From: Candidatus Sericytochromatia bacterium
Lineage (GTDB): Bacteria; Cyanobacteriota; Sericytochromatia; S15B-MN24; VGJW01
Assembly (NCBI GenBank): GCA_035285865.1
Contig: JAYKHS010000022.1
Span: forward strand, 128,273-192,272
DNA length: 64,000 bases
Direction of reading: 5' to 3'
A model generated the notes under the pieces. The model was not told where the DNA came from and made no database searches. It worked only from the letters and a program-made list of their open reading frames with translations. This document shows, piece by piece, positions 9,832 to 19,461 of the stretch. Each line of letters begins with the position of its first letter. Position 1 is the stretch's first letter. The position numbers and the translations under genes were made by a program.

Positions 9832-11619
9832 ATGAGGCGGCATGTCCTGAAGGCCCTCCTGCTGGCCGGACTTACCGGGTGCGATGCCCAGGCCTTGAGG
9901 GCGGCGTTGACGACCGTGCCGACGGCTGACGGAAAGGCGGCGGATGCCGCCCAGTCGGATGCCGCCAAGTCGGGTGCGGATGCAGCCGTCAACCTCTTGG
10001 CACGTCTTGCCGCAGTCGACCTCTCCGCGAAGCTGGGCAAGGTGGCGCGACCCGATACTTTCGGGGCTGCGCCCTCCGGTGGGGAATCGGCGGCTGCACC
10101 CAACTCCGGAGGATCGCAGCAGCCGGTTTCGGGTGGCTCGACGCTGATTTCCGACCCGTCGCGCCTGTCGGCACCGGGCATGATGCCCCCCCGTGCCCCT
10201 GAGGCTGATGCGCTTCCGCCCCTCGTCGAGAAGCCTGCCCTGCCTGCAACCGATGATGGCTGGCAGGGCCTGCATCTGGACTTCGGGGCCAAGGACTTCT
10301 CCGATGCCCGTGCGATCGCTCGGAAACTCTCCTCCGTTCTGGTGGATGCTCGGCCGATTGCGGTCAATGCCGTGCTTGGGCCCGTCGTGCACTGGAACTT
10401 CGTCTTCATGGATGCCAAGGGCGGGTTTGCCCAGGTGTCCGTGCAGGCGGAAGGGGCAGATCTCTACTTCGTCCCCGGGTCTGCGGATGGTGCCGCGGAC
10501 CTGCCTCCGGCGCTCGATCTCGAGGCCGTCAAGGTTACCCCGATGGCGGCTCTGGAGACGCTTCGTTCTGGCCTGAACTCTGGAAGCCTTGTCGAGATCC
10601 CGTTCGGGCAGGACCTGTATCCCGCTGGCTTCGCCAAGCCGGAGGCTGAGGGTGGCTCTGTTTCGACCTCGCCCGTCGCCTCGGGGCCGATGCCCTTGAT
10701 GAGACGGTTGCAGAACGACACAGTGTCCAGCGATGGCACGGAGGGAGCCACTGCGGTGTCGCCCATCGCGATTGCCGAGCCCCTGCCGCCCGAGGCAAGC
10801 ACTTCCGAGCCCTTCGTCGGTGGCGATCCGTCGACCGACGGGCAAGTGCTCAAGCCGATGCCCGATATTCCCGCACCTGTCGAGACGGTTTTGCGGGAGC
10901 TCCCCCCTGAGTCGAATTGGCATGTGTTTCTGCAGGTGGGTGCCGCTGGACGCCAGTTCTGGCGCATCGATGCTTACCCCTACTCTCTGCGTCCTGAGGT
11001 CTCCTCGCCAATCGGGTCGGGTGGGTCCGTGGACGGGGCGGTACCCATGGCCAAGGAATCCGTATTCCGCCGTGTGCTTGACCTCGCGGTCGACACGGAG
11101 CCGACGCAGGATTCGCCTGGCGGGGAGCTGGTGGGCATGCCTGCCCCAGATGGCGAGTCGGTCGATGGATCGTTGCCGATCTATCCCACCAAGGACCTGC
11201 CCGCCGATGGTACGGGCGCCGTCATGCCGGGAGTCTCCTATCCGCCGCTCGGAGCCATCATCGACTGGCGCATCGAGAAGAGCAGCTTCAGGCTGCCTTT
11301 GTCGGCCGCGATCGATGCCGACACGGGCAAAGTACTCGCGCTGATTTTGCCCAAGCTCGTGACCTACTACTACCCCGTGCCGGTTCATGCGTCGTCTTGC
11401 GATGGCTGTACCGAACCCTACCCCGTGCCTCCGGCTCCCGTGGATCCCATCGTCGTGGAGCCCGAGCCCGGGCTGCCTCCGATCGAGGAGCCCGTGGTCG
11501 AGGAGCCGACGCCCGATGAGCCGGTAGTCGAGGAGCCTGGTGCTGAAGACCCGGCGATCTCGGGTTCGGTCGAGGGCGGCACACCGGTTGATGGTGATGC
11601 TTCCGGCGCGAGTTCCTGA
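9832..11619 (+). CDS. large acidic Pro-rich lipoprotein with PepSY-like motif
   Basis: Lipobox LTGC; AAIDADTGKVL; C-terminal EEP repeats. Confidence 0.7.
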   Translation: MRRHVLKALLLAGLTGCDAQALRAALTTVPTADGKAADAAQSDAAKSGADAAVNLLARLAAVDLSAKLGKVARPDTFGAAPSGGESAAAPNSGGSQQPVSGGSTLISDPSRLSAPGMMPPRAPEADALPPLVEKPALPATDDGWQGLHLDFGAKDFSDARAIARKLSSVLVDARPIAVNAVLGPVVHWNFVFMDAKGGFAQVSVQAEGADLYFVPGSADGAADLPPALDLEAVKVTPMAALETLRSGLNSGSLVEIPFGQDLYPAGFAKPEAEGGSVSTSPVASGPMPLMRRLQNDTVSSDGTEGATAVSPIAIAEPLPPEASTSEPFVGGDPSTDGQVLKPMPDIPAPVETVLRELPPESNWHVFLQVGAAGRQFWRIDAYPYSLRPEVSSPIGSGGSVDGAVPMAKESVFRRVLDLAVDTEPTQDSPGGELVGMPAPDGESVDGSLPIYPTKDLPADGTGAVMPGVSYPPLGAIIDWRIEKSSFRLPLSAAIDADTGKVLALILPKLVTYYYPVPVHASSCDGCTEPYPVPPAPVDPIVVEPEPGLPPIEEPVVEEPTPDEPVVEEPGAEDPAISGSVEGGTPVDGDASGASS

Positions 11620-11752
11620 CACAGGCGAAACGCTCCTGCATCGCGGGGCCTCGACGTCGCGTGGCGACCGGGGCCCCGCTGCGCTTGTGGCGTGCCTGCG
11701 GGGTAAGGTGGGGTGGGTGGCGCCCTCTCGGGAGGGCGGGAGGTGGGTGGTG

Positions 11753-12985
11753 ATGCGGCTTGGCGGAATGCTCTCCTCGGTGGCCCTGCTCGCCGCTTGC
11801 GTGGCCGCGAATCCGGCCACCAAGGCCTCTCAGGTCGTTCAGCAGGGGCCAGTCGTCTTGCCCACCGCATCTGTTGGCGCTCCCGGCGGATTCAACTGGC
11901 TGTCCGGCACGCGGCCGAGCGACCTGAACAATACGTCTGCGCTCAACAACACTTCGGCCTTCGATGGCCCGCCCGAGCGTTTGCCGGCAGCGGGCGAGTT
12001 CGGAGGACTTCCGCTGTCGGGTGTGAAGGAAGGGGATCCATCTTCGACTCCTTCGCCCCTGTCGACCCAGTCCCCTCCGCCTTGCGCCATCTCCGCGGAT
12101 CAGGCGGAGCGCTGGGCCCTGGAGCAGATGGAGCCCCACTACGCAGCACTTCCTGCCAAGCTTGCCGACGGAGGCGCGTGGCTGCGCCTCCAACAGATCG
12201 TTTCCCCGAGTTGGCAGAGTCGACTCGCCAAGGTCGCAGAGATCCAGAAAGCCCTCGGCCTCGGACGCGTCGTGTGGGTGCAAGCTGGCTTGGGCGCAAC
12301 GTCTGCGCCGGGCCTGCTCGAAGTTCACCTGCTCGGCAGCGACAAGGGCTACGCACGGCTGCGGATGGACGGGGACCGACTCGAGGTCGACTATCTGGAA
12401 ACAGGTTCTGTCATCTCCACGGATTCCGTACTGCCGGCTCTGGACCTCGCGAAGGCTTCGGTCGATCCGGATGCAGCTCTTGAAGGGGCCACTGCGGCTC
12501 CGGATCAGGGGTCGCCAGAAAGTGTTCCGTATCCGGAATACCTGCGGTCTGCTGTCGGCCACTCTTCCGTGCTGCGGGCAGTTTCATCGACGCTCCGCTT
12601 GTATTCGGAAGAGACGCTTGCTTCATCCCGTGGCGACTTCGCCTGGAGTCTGACCTTGCGCGTGGACAAGGCCGGCAATCTCTGGTGGCAGGTTGATGGC
12701 CTCCGCCAGACGAGCACGCCGCCCCCCTCACCAGCGCCATCGGTCTCCTCGGGCGCTGGTTCCGCAAGCACGGATCCTTCAGACGCGGTGTCTTCCTCGG
12801 GGACGTTGCCATCCTCAGACTCGAAGCGGCGCGTGATGACGGATGGGGATGCGAGCCTATCCGTTCAGCCTCCCCCAGCCTGTCTCGATACCTTCGAATT
12901 CCGGCCGCAGGTGGCAATCGATGCCCGGTCGGGTGCGGTGCTGGCGAGGCTACCGAAGCGTCAGAGCCGGCTGACTTCCCAGTAG
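11753..12985 (+). CDS. lipoprotein with PepSY-like motif, probable paralogue of the preceding gene
   Basis: MRLGGMLSSVALLAAC lipobox; VAIDARSGAVL. Confidence 0.65.
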   Translation: MRLGGMLSSVALLAACVAANPATKASQVVQQGPVVLPTASVGAPGGFNWLSGTRPSDLNNTSALNNTSAFDGPPERLPAAGEFGGLPLSGVKEGDPSSTPSPLSTQSPPPCAISADQAERWALEQMEPHYAALPAKLADGGAWLRLQQIVSPSWQSRLAKVAEIQKALGLGRVVWVQAGLGATSAPGLLEVHLLGSDKGYARLRMDGDRLEVDYLETGSVISTDSVLPALDLAKASVDPDAALEGATAAPDQGSPESVPYPEYLRSAVGHSSVLRAVSSTLRLYSEETLASSRGDFAWSLTLRVDKAGNLWWQVDGLRQTSTPPPSPAPSVSSGAGSASTDPSDAVSSSGTLPSSDSKRRVMTDGDASLSVQPPPACLDTFEFRPQVAIDARSGAVLARLPKRQSRLTSQ

Positions 12986-13047
12986 GAGGCAGTCTGGGCA
13001 CTTCCGGGGAGTCATCGGACCAGACGCGGCAAGGACGGCCTCTGGTC

Positions 13048-13935
13048 GTGCGGGCGGAAGACGGCTACGCCCTGTCCGCGCAAGCATATGGGCCCGAGGA
13101 CATGCGCACGGCACGGGCACTCCTCGTCGTCGGGCCGGCGACCGGTGCGCCGCAGCGCTATTATCGTCGCTTCGCTCAGTGGTGCGCCCGGCAGGGCCTT
13201 GCCGTCCTGACCTTCGATTACAGGGGCATCGGTGGTTCGAGACCACCCCGCCTTCGTGGCTTCGAAGCCAGTTTCAGCTCGTGGGCCGAACTGGACCTTG
13301 CGGCGGTGCTGGAGCACGCCCTGACCCTGCACCCACAAGTGGTGATGATCGGCCACAGTTTCGGGGGGCAAGCGTGGGGCATGGTGCCGCAGGTTCATCG
13401 GACCGCGGGGTTGGTCACATTCGGGACGGGCGCCGGATGGATGGGCTACATGCATTGGTCCGAGCGTCCCCGGCTGCATCTGCTGTGGACCTTGCTGGGG
13501 CCGCCGCTCGTCCGATTGCTCGGTTTCCTGCCGTCGCCGTGGATGGGCCTTGGCGAACCTCTGCCCGCCGGTGTCTACCGGGACTGGAGACGCTGGTGCG
13601 GGATGCGCCGCTATTTCTTCGACGATCCGCAGTCGGGCATGACGGAGCGCTTCGCTGCCATCCGCAGGCCGGTCGTCGCCGTGACATCCGAGGATGATCC
13701 GTGGGCCCCGCCGGCTTCGGTCAGGGCTTTCATGTCCGGACTTGTCGCTGCCCCCATCCGGTACGAGATTCTCGTGCCGAAGGAACTGGGGCTGGATGCC
13801 ATCGGTCACGTGGCCTACTTCGATGCGCGTGTCGGCGTCGCCCTGTGGCCGCGCGTGCTGACCTGGGTCGAAGCCGTGCTTGCCGGTTCCTTTTCACCAG
13901 GGGGTTCACCCGAGGCGGCGTCGGGCCTATCATGA
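13048..13935 (+). CDS. alpha/beta fold hydrolase
   Basis: PATGAPQRYY, FDYRGIGGS, GHSFGG nucleophile, DDPWAP, IGH. Confidence 0.88.
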   Translation: MRAEDGYALSAQAYGPEDMRTARALLVVGPATGAPQRYYRRFAQWCARQGLAVLTFDYRGIGGSRPPRLRGFEASFSSWAELDLAAVLEHALTLHPQVVMIGHSFGGQAWGMVPQVHRTAGLVTFGTGAGWMGYMHWSERPRLHLLWTLLGPPLVRLLGFLPSPWMGLGEPLPAGVYRDWRRWCGMRRYFFDDPQSGMTERFAAIRRPVVAVTSEDDPWAPPASVRAFMSGLVAAPIRYEILVPKELGLDAIGHVAYFDARVGVALWPRVLTWVEAVLAGSFSPGGSPEAASGLS

Positions 13936-13941
13936 GGGCCT

Positions 13942-15156
13942 ATGCTGCACGTGGATGAGCAATCGACCGCCGCCTCCCTGATCGCCCTCGAGGAGGCCCA
14001 CGGGGCTCACAATTACCACCCCCTCGACGTGGTCCTGCGTGAGGGACGCGGCGCGTGGGTCACCGATGTCGACGGCAAGCGCTACCTGGATGGCTTGTCC
14101 GCCTACTCCGCGCTCAATCAGGGGCATGCCCATCCGCGCATCATCAAGGCCCTCGTGGATCAGGCCGCGCGGATGACGCTGACCAGTCGGGCCTTTCGCA
14201 ACGATCAGCTTGGCCATTTCTACAAGAAGCTCACGGACCTGACGGGCCTCGACGTGGCCCTGCCGATGAACAGCGGCGCAGAGGCCGTGGAGACGGCCGT
14301 GAAGGCCGCCCGCAAGTGGGGCTATCTGGTGAAGGGCATACCGGAAGGCGAGGCCGAGGTCATCTGTTGCACCAACAACTTCCATGGCAGGACGACAACG
14401 GTCGTCAGCTTTTCGACCGAGCCCCAGTATCGCGGTGGCTTCGGACCTTTCACCCCGGGATTCCGTATCGTCCCGTACGGCGACATCGAGGCGCTCGAGG
14501 CTGCGATCTCACCGCGGACCTGCGGATTTCTCGTCGAGCCCATCCAGGGCGAGGCCGGTATCATCGTGCCGCCCGACGGTTATCTGCGCGCTGCGGCCGC
14601 AATCTGCAAGGCGAGGAATGTCCTGTTCATGGCCGACGAGATCCAGACGGGCCTGGGGCGGACCGGTCGCCTTTTTGCAGTCGACCACGAGGATGTCCGG
14701 CCGGACATCCTCATCCTGGGCAAGGCCTTGTCCGGTGGTGTCTACCCCGTTTCCGCCGTCGTGGGCAGGCGGGACGTGATGGAGGTGTTCCGTCCGGGGG
14801 ATCACGGCAGCACGTTCGGTGGCAATCCGCTGGCCTGCGCCGTGGCCATGGCGGCACTGGACGTGCTCATCGACGAGAACCTTCCGCAGCGTTCGGCAAC
14901 TTTGGGCACGTTGGCGATTGAACGCCTGCGCGCCATGGGCAGTCCTCGGGTGCGCGAGGTACGGGGCAAGGGGCTGATGATCGGCATCGAGCTGGATCGG
15001 CCGGCCCGACCTTGCATCGAGGCGCTTGCCCAGCGCGGTCTCCTCTGCAAGGACGCCCACGAGAATGTCATCCGCTTCGCGCCGCCTCTCGTGATCGAGG
15101 AGGCTGACCTCGCCTGGGGCCTGGACCAGTTCCGGGCCGTGCTCTGCGAGGACTGA
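13942..15156 (+). CDS. rocD: ornithine--oxo-acid transaminase
   Basis: GAHNYHPL, SAYSALNQGH, LTSRAF, EPIQGEAG, DEIQTGLGRTG, LGKALSGG, HGSTFGGNP. Confidence 0.95.
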   Translation: MLHVDEQSTAASLIALEEAHGAHNYHPLDVVLREGRGAWVTDVDGKRYLDGLSAYSALNQGHAHPRIIKALVDQAARMTLTSRAFRNDQLGHFYKKLTDLTGLDVALPMNSGAEAVETAVKAARKWGYLVKGIPEGEAEVICCTNNFHGRTTTVVSFSTEPQYRGGFGPFTPGFRIVPYGDIEALEAAISPRTCGFLVEPIQGEAGIIVPPDGYLRAAAAICKARNVLFMADEIQTGLGRTGRLFAVDHEDVRPDILILGKALSGGVYPVSAVVGRRDVMEVFRPGDHGSTFGGNPLACAVAMAALDVLIDENLPQRSATLGTLAIERLRAMGSPRVREVRGKGLMIGIELDRPARPCIEALAQRGLLCKDAHENVIRFAPPLVIEEADLAWGLDQFRAVLCED

Positions 15157-15210
15157 GCCGGACCTGTCTGCCCGTGGGCGGGACAAGGCCTTGTCGGTGC
15201 GCAACAACCG

Positions 15211-15245
15211 GAGGCCCCCGAACCCGGTCAGGGTTCGGGGGCCTC
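15211..15245. terminator. perfect 15-bp hairpin between convergent genes
   Basis: GAGGCCCCCGAACCC-GGTCA-GGGTTCGGGGGCCTC; no clear U-tract. Confidence 0.6.
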
Positions 15246-15253
15246 GCGAGATG

Positions 15254-16285
15254 TCAGAGCGTGCTCTTCAGGAAGGTCTCGATGATCGGGGTCACGGTGC
15301 GTTCGCCCCGCTGGCCGACGGCGCTGTTCATGCGGGCGTGGTCATAGCCCCTCGACGTCACCAGCTGGAATCTGTCCCCCTGGAGGCCTGGATCGCAGGC
15401 AACGGTGGCTTCGTGGAAGCTCCGCGCGTGCCCGACTCGCGTGGCCTCGCCTTGCACGAGGACCAGCATCGGCGCAACTCCGGTGCCGGAGACCAGTTGC
15501 AACTTGGGTGAGGCATCCCGCAGGATGTTCGGGTCGCGACCGAAGGCATTGGTGATGGCGTCGGCGAGCCATGGCATGTCGCTTCGGACCGTCAGGTCAT
15601 AGCTTGCGCTGTCGTTGGCAACGACGCCGCGGATGTTGGCCGGCGACAGGCCTGCCTCTCTCAGATAAAGCGGATGCGTCGCCGCAAGCGTGGCCAGATG
15701 GGCTCCGGCAGAGTGCCCCATAAGGGCGATGCGGCCCGGGTCACCGCCGAACCGGGCGATGTTGCGGTACACCCAGCCCAGGCCCGCCGCGACATCGCGG
15801 ATCTGGGCGGGATGCATCGGTCTCCTGGTCACCGGCAGCCAGGGATGGGCGAGCCGGTAGTTGAGGGATACGAAGATCCAGCCCTGGTCGTTGGCCCACC
15901 GGGGCTTGTCCGACATGCCGTGCGCCTTGTCGCCGATCTTCCACGCGCCCCCGTGGATGTAGACCAGAACGGGTCGGCGGGTGCTGGCGGTCACCGTGCC
16001 GTAGATGTCCAAGCCTTGTTCGCGATGGCTCCCGTAGGCGATGTCCTTCCACGCGCGACGCCGGGTGAGGGCCGAAGACGATTGGGTGGTAGCCGCGCCG
16101 CCGAGGCTTTGGATCTGGCTGCCGATTTCCTCGGAGCCTTCGCGGGGCAGGGCCTCGGCGTTCATGCTGGTAGCCGTGGCCTCGGTCTCGAGGGCAGCGA
16201 ACATCGGGTTCTGGGCGCAACCCGTGAGAACCCCTGCGAGAGCCAGTCTGGATGCGGATGCTGCGAGTTTGCGGACGAGGTGCAT
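15254..16285 (-). CDS. alpha/beta hydrolase (HSL-type carboxylesterase) lipoprotein
   Basis: HGGAW, NYRLA, GHSAGAHL; lipobox LTGC. Confidence 0.88.
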   Translation of the reverse strand: MHLVRKLAASASRLALAGVLTGCAQNPMFAALETEATATSMNAEALPREGSEEIGSQIQSLGGAATTQSSSALTRRRAWKDIAYGSHREQGLDIYGTVTASTRRPVLVYIHGGAWKIGDKAHGMSDKPRWANDQGWIFVSLNYRLAHPWLPVTRRPMHPAQIRDVAAGLGWVYRNIARFGGDPGRIALMGHSAGAHLATLAATHPLYLREAGLSPANIRGVVANDSASYDLTVRSDMPWLADAITNAFGRDPNILRDASPKLQLVSGTGVAPMLVLVQGEATRVGHARSFHEATVACDPGLQGDRFQLVTSRGYDHARMNSAVGQRGERTVTPIIETFLKSTL

Positions 16286-16353
16286 GGGGCCATTCCTTCC
16301 TGATGAGTCGGCGATCGCTCCGGCCGCCCGGCCGTCTCGTGCCTTCCGGGTGA

Positions 16354-16386
16354 ATCATCTTGTCCGCTGCTCACCGGTCGCTCACC
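16354..16386 (-). promoter_or_regulatory. putative SARP/BTAD-type direct-repeat operator plus -10
   Basis: Minus strand GGTGAGCG-ACC-GGTGAGCA-N8-GATGAT, upstream of the esterase. Confidence 0.6.
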
Positions 16387-16431
16387 GCCCTTGAATCGGG
16401 AGGGTCGATTCCCATCTGCCATAATGTCCGG

Positions 16432-17211
16432 ATGGAATACGACCGCTTTGCCGGCGTTTTCGGGGTGTGGGCCGCGACGGCGGGGTCCACGGCCGCAAAC
16501 AGGAGCTTCTACCTTGACGCCTATGCGGCAGCCGGGGAGGGGCCTGTCGTCGAGCTGGGGGTGGGCGACGGCCGTCTGATTCTCGAGGCAGCGCGTGCAG
16601 GGCGCGCGATGCACGGAGTCGAGGGCTCGGCAGCCATGCTGGCCGTCTGTCGCGATCGCGCCGAGAAAGCGGGGCTTCTTGATCGCCTCACGCTGATCCA
16701 TGCCGACTTCACGAGCTTCGTCCTGCCTGAACCGGCGACGCTGATCGCGATGCCCTATCACACGATGCCTCATCTGCTCGAGCCGGCGACCAAACTCGCA
16801 GCCTTGCGACAGATTCACCGGCAATTGAGGCCCGGGGGGCACTTCCTCTTTGACGACTTCGTGATCAAGCCGGAGGCCATCGACAGGATGCGGCAGGTCC
16901 AGCTTCGCGCGCGCTATCGCAATGAGGCCGGCCAGGACAGCCTCTTCTGGGTGACGTCCATCGTTGACGAGCAGACCCAGCGGATTGAGGCCATCACCTG
17001 GGAGGACACTCTGGACGAAGCCGGCGTGATGATCCAGCGCCGTTATCGCCCACTGACCTTCTCGTGGCAGTCGCCGGAGCAGGCCGCCGCCTTGTTGCAA
17101 GAGGCCGGCTTCACGATCGAGGCCTGCTGGGGGGACTTTCACCGCACGCCTTTCGACCCCGCGAAGGCAGAGGAACAGGTGTGGCTGGTGCGCAAGGAGG
17201 GAGACCGATGA
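16432..17211 (+). CDS. class I SAM-dependent methyltransferase
   Basis: VVELGVGDGR motif I, LIHADF, LRPGG, WGDF. Confidence 0.88.
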   Translation: MEYDRFAGVFGVWAATAGSTAANRSFYLDAYAAAGEGPVVELGVGDGRLILEAARAGRAMHGVEGSAAMLAVCRDRAEKAGLLDRLTLIHADFTSFVLPEPATLIAMPYHTMPHLLEPATKLAALRQIHRQLRPGGHFLFDDFVIKPEAIDRMRQVQLRARYRNEAGQDSLFWVTSIVDEQTQRIEAITWEDTLDEAGVMIQRRYRPLTFSWQSPEQAAALLQEAGFTIEACWGDFHRTPFDPAKAEEQVWLVRKEGDR

Positions 17212-17567
17212 TCGGAACGACAGGCCTGAGGCAGCTCCGGATCGATTGCATCGTGGGCATCTATCCCCACGAGCGGGCCAATGAGCAGACCGTCTATCTG
17301 GATGTCGAACTGGACAACGATTTCGCTGCTGCCGACGCCTCCGATGCGATTGCCGACGCCTTGGACTATGACGGCGTCGCCTCGAGGCTGACGGCCTTGC
17401 TGCAGGAGCGGCGCTTCCAACTACTGGAGGCCATGGCCGAGGAGAGCGCGCGGATGCTGCTTGAGGCCTTCCCGACGGTCACGGCCGTTCGCCTGCGTAT
17501 CGAGAAGCCTGCGGCGGTGCCTGCGGCGGTCTGCTCCTACGTCCGGCTCGAGCGGCATCGCGCATGA
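17208..17567 (+). CDS. folB: dihydroneopterin aldolase
   Basis: CIVGIYPHER..EQ, ASDAIADALDY, FQLLEAMAE, IEKP. Confidence 0.92.
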   Translation: MIGTTGLRQLRIDCIVGIYPHERANEQTVYLDVELDNDFAAADASDAIADALDYDGVASRLTALLQERRFQLLEAMAEESARMLLEAFPTVTAVRLRIEKPAAVPAAVCSYVRLERHRA

Positions 17568-18313
17568 CGGACGCACCTGCCCGACAGGCGCCGGGCCAAC
17601 CCGTCGCCGTCGTCACGGGAGGGGCCCGCCGCCTCGGTCGGGCTTTGGGGCTCATGCTGGTGCGACGGGGGTATCGTCTGGTCTGCCTCTATCGCACGTC
17701 CCGCGAGGACGTCCGGACGCTTGAGGCCGCAGTGGCGGAACTCGGGGGGAGGATGCGGGGCCTACCCGTCGACATTGCCGATCGCGAGGCCGTGGCGGGA
17801 GTCTTCGCGGACATCGCGGCACACGAGGGTCGGGTGGACGTGCTGGTCAACAACGTGGGCAACTACAACCCGCAGCCCATGGATGCCCTGGATCCCGAGG
17901 GTTGGGACGCGACGCTCGGTGCAAACCTCTCGGGGGCCTACTACGCGTCCTACCACGCCTTGCGCCTGATGCCGGACGGCGGCTCCATCGTCAACATCGG
18001 GATGGCGGGGCTCGAGGGCACGCGGGCCAGCCGCATGGCCGTGGACTACTATGTCAGCAAGACCGGCCTGCTCTCCCTGACGCGCTCGATGGCTCTGGCG
18101 TGCGGCCCGAGGGGAATCCGCGTCAACATGGTCTCGCCCGGACAACTCGACAACTCGGTGGACCTGCCCGGGCCCGAGCAACTGCGTCGCGAAATCCCGA
18201 TCGGGCGCGCCGGAACCATGGAGGACATGGCTGGGGCCGTCGCCTTCTTGTTGGACTCCCCGTATGTCACGGGGGTGAACCTCGACGTCGCCGGGGGGTA
18301 TCGCCTCGGATGA
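17564..18313 (+). CDS. SDR oxidoreductase (pteridine reductase/FolM-like)
   Basis: TGGARRLG, VNNVG, YYVSK, RVNMVSPG. Confidence 0.85.
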   Translation: MTDAPARQAPGQPVAVVTGGARRLGRALGLMLVRRGYRLVCLYRTSREDVRTLEAAVAELGGRMRGLPVDIADREAVAGVFADIAAHEGRVDVLVNNVGNYNPQPMDALDPEGWDATLGANLSGAYYASYHALRLMPDGGSIVNIGMAGLEGTRASRMAVDYYVSKTGLLSLTRSMALACGPRGIRVNMVSPGQLDNSVDLPGPEQLRREIPIGRAGTMEDMAGAVAFLLDSPYVTGVNLDVAGGYRLG

Positions 18314-19461
18314 GCTTGGCCCGGCGCTTCGTGCCGCTCAGGGACCGGCAGGCCGACTGGGCCATGCGCTGCGCGATGGTGCGGGATGCCGAGCAGTTCT
18401 TGTACTTGTCGACGTTCTATCTCGAGCAGGACGAGTACGGAGCCGAGATGCTGGACCTGCTCGCCGCCGCCCAGGCCCGAGGCGTGCGCGTCGCACTCGT
18501 CATCGACAGCTTCGGGCAGCGTCTCGGGGGAACCCTGATGTCGACCGCTCAGCGCGAGGCGCTGGGCCGTACCTTGGACAAGCTGGTCCGGGATGGTGCG
18601 CGGGTGACGCACTATGCGCCGCCCCGGTGGATGCAGCGACGCGTCGGCGGTGGGCAACACGTCAAAATCCAGGTCTCCGATGCCGGATGCTTGATCCTGA
18701 CGAGCGGCAACATCACACGGACCTCGTTCGCGCATTGGCGCGAATATGCCGTGGCGGTCGAGGGTGCGGTCGTACCGGAGGTCATGGCCAGTTGGGAGGC
18801 CATCGGGGGGACCCTCGACCCGCGCGATCGGGCACACCTCGCGGCGCTGGCCCGCGAGGCACCGGGCGACATCGACATGGCGTACGGCTTCTGCAACCCG
18901 AATCTGCATCAGGGTTCGACGGGCCCGTGGCTCTGGACCGGAACCAATGCCCTGACGGACCGGATGGTCGAGATGGTTGATGCCGCCCGGCATGAGCTGT
19001 TGGTGAGCTCTTTCTACTTCAAGCCTGCGCCCGTGCTCGAGGCGGCCGTCCTGAAGGCTGCCCGACGGGGCGTGCATGTCGAGATCCATCACTCGCACCG
19101 CGAGTCCCTCGAGGCGACGGATCTTGCCTGGGTCGCCGCGGCCGTGCGCTATCCGCAGTTGCTCGAGGCCGGTGTTCATGTTCATGAGCATCCAGCCGGA
19201 GAACATTCCAAGATCTGCGTGGTGGATCGCCAATGGGCCGCATTCGGCAGCTACAACTTCGAGGAGCCGGCCCACGATCGCCTGGCCGAGGCGATGTTGC
19301 TCTCTCGCGATCCGAGAGCGGTCTCGCCTGCCTTGGCCGTGTTCGAGGAGCTTCGGGGCATGCCGGACCGGCTGGAGGTCACGCCCGAAGTCATGGGAGC
19401 ATGGTCCCGGGAACTGGCCGGACGCATACGGCGCTGGGGGAGATTCCGATGGTGGCTCTGA
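18310..19461 (+). CDS. phospholipase D / cardiolipin synthase-like protein
   Basis: HVKIQVSD...SGN and HSKICVVD...GSYN. Confidence 0.82.
   Translation: MSLARRFVPLRDRQADWAMRCAMVRDAEQFLYLSTFYLEQDEYGAEMLDLLAAAQARGVRVALVIDSFGQRLGGTLMSTAQREALGRTLDKLVRDGARVTHYAPPRWMQRRVGGGQHVKIQVSDAGCLILTSGNITRTSFAHWREYAVAVEGAVVPEVMASWEAIGGTLDPRDRAHLAALAREAPGDIDMAYGFCNPNLHQGSTGPWLWTGTNALTDRMVEMVDAARHELLVSSFYFKPAPVLEAAVLKAARRGVHVEIHHSHRESLEATDLAWVAAAVRYPQLLEAGVHVHEHPAGEHSKICVVDRQWAAFGSYNFEEPAHDRLAEAMLLSRDPRAVSPALAVFEELRGMPDRLEVTPEVMGAWSRELAGRIRRWGRFRWWL

Noticed and set aside
11702..11719. GGTAAGGT/GGTGGGTG as a fifth operator copy
   Set aside because: 10-bp rather than 11-bp period and a poor match to the consensus.
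9739..11823. Long antisense or alternate-frame ORFs (e.g. 9739-11823 minus, 21065-22657 plus, 29056-30816 minus, 58822-61119 minus)
   Set aside because: Arg/Gly/Pro-rich shadows of recognisable genes; expected at high GC with strong GC3 bias.
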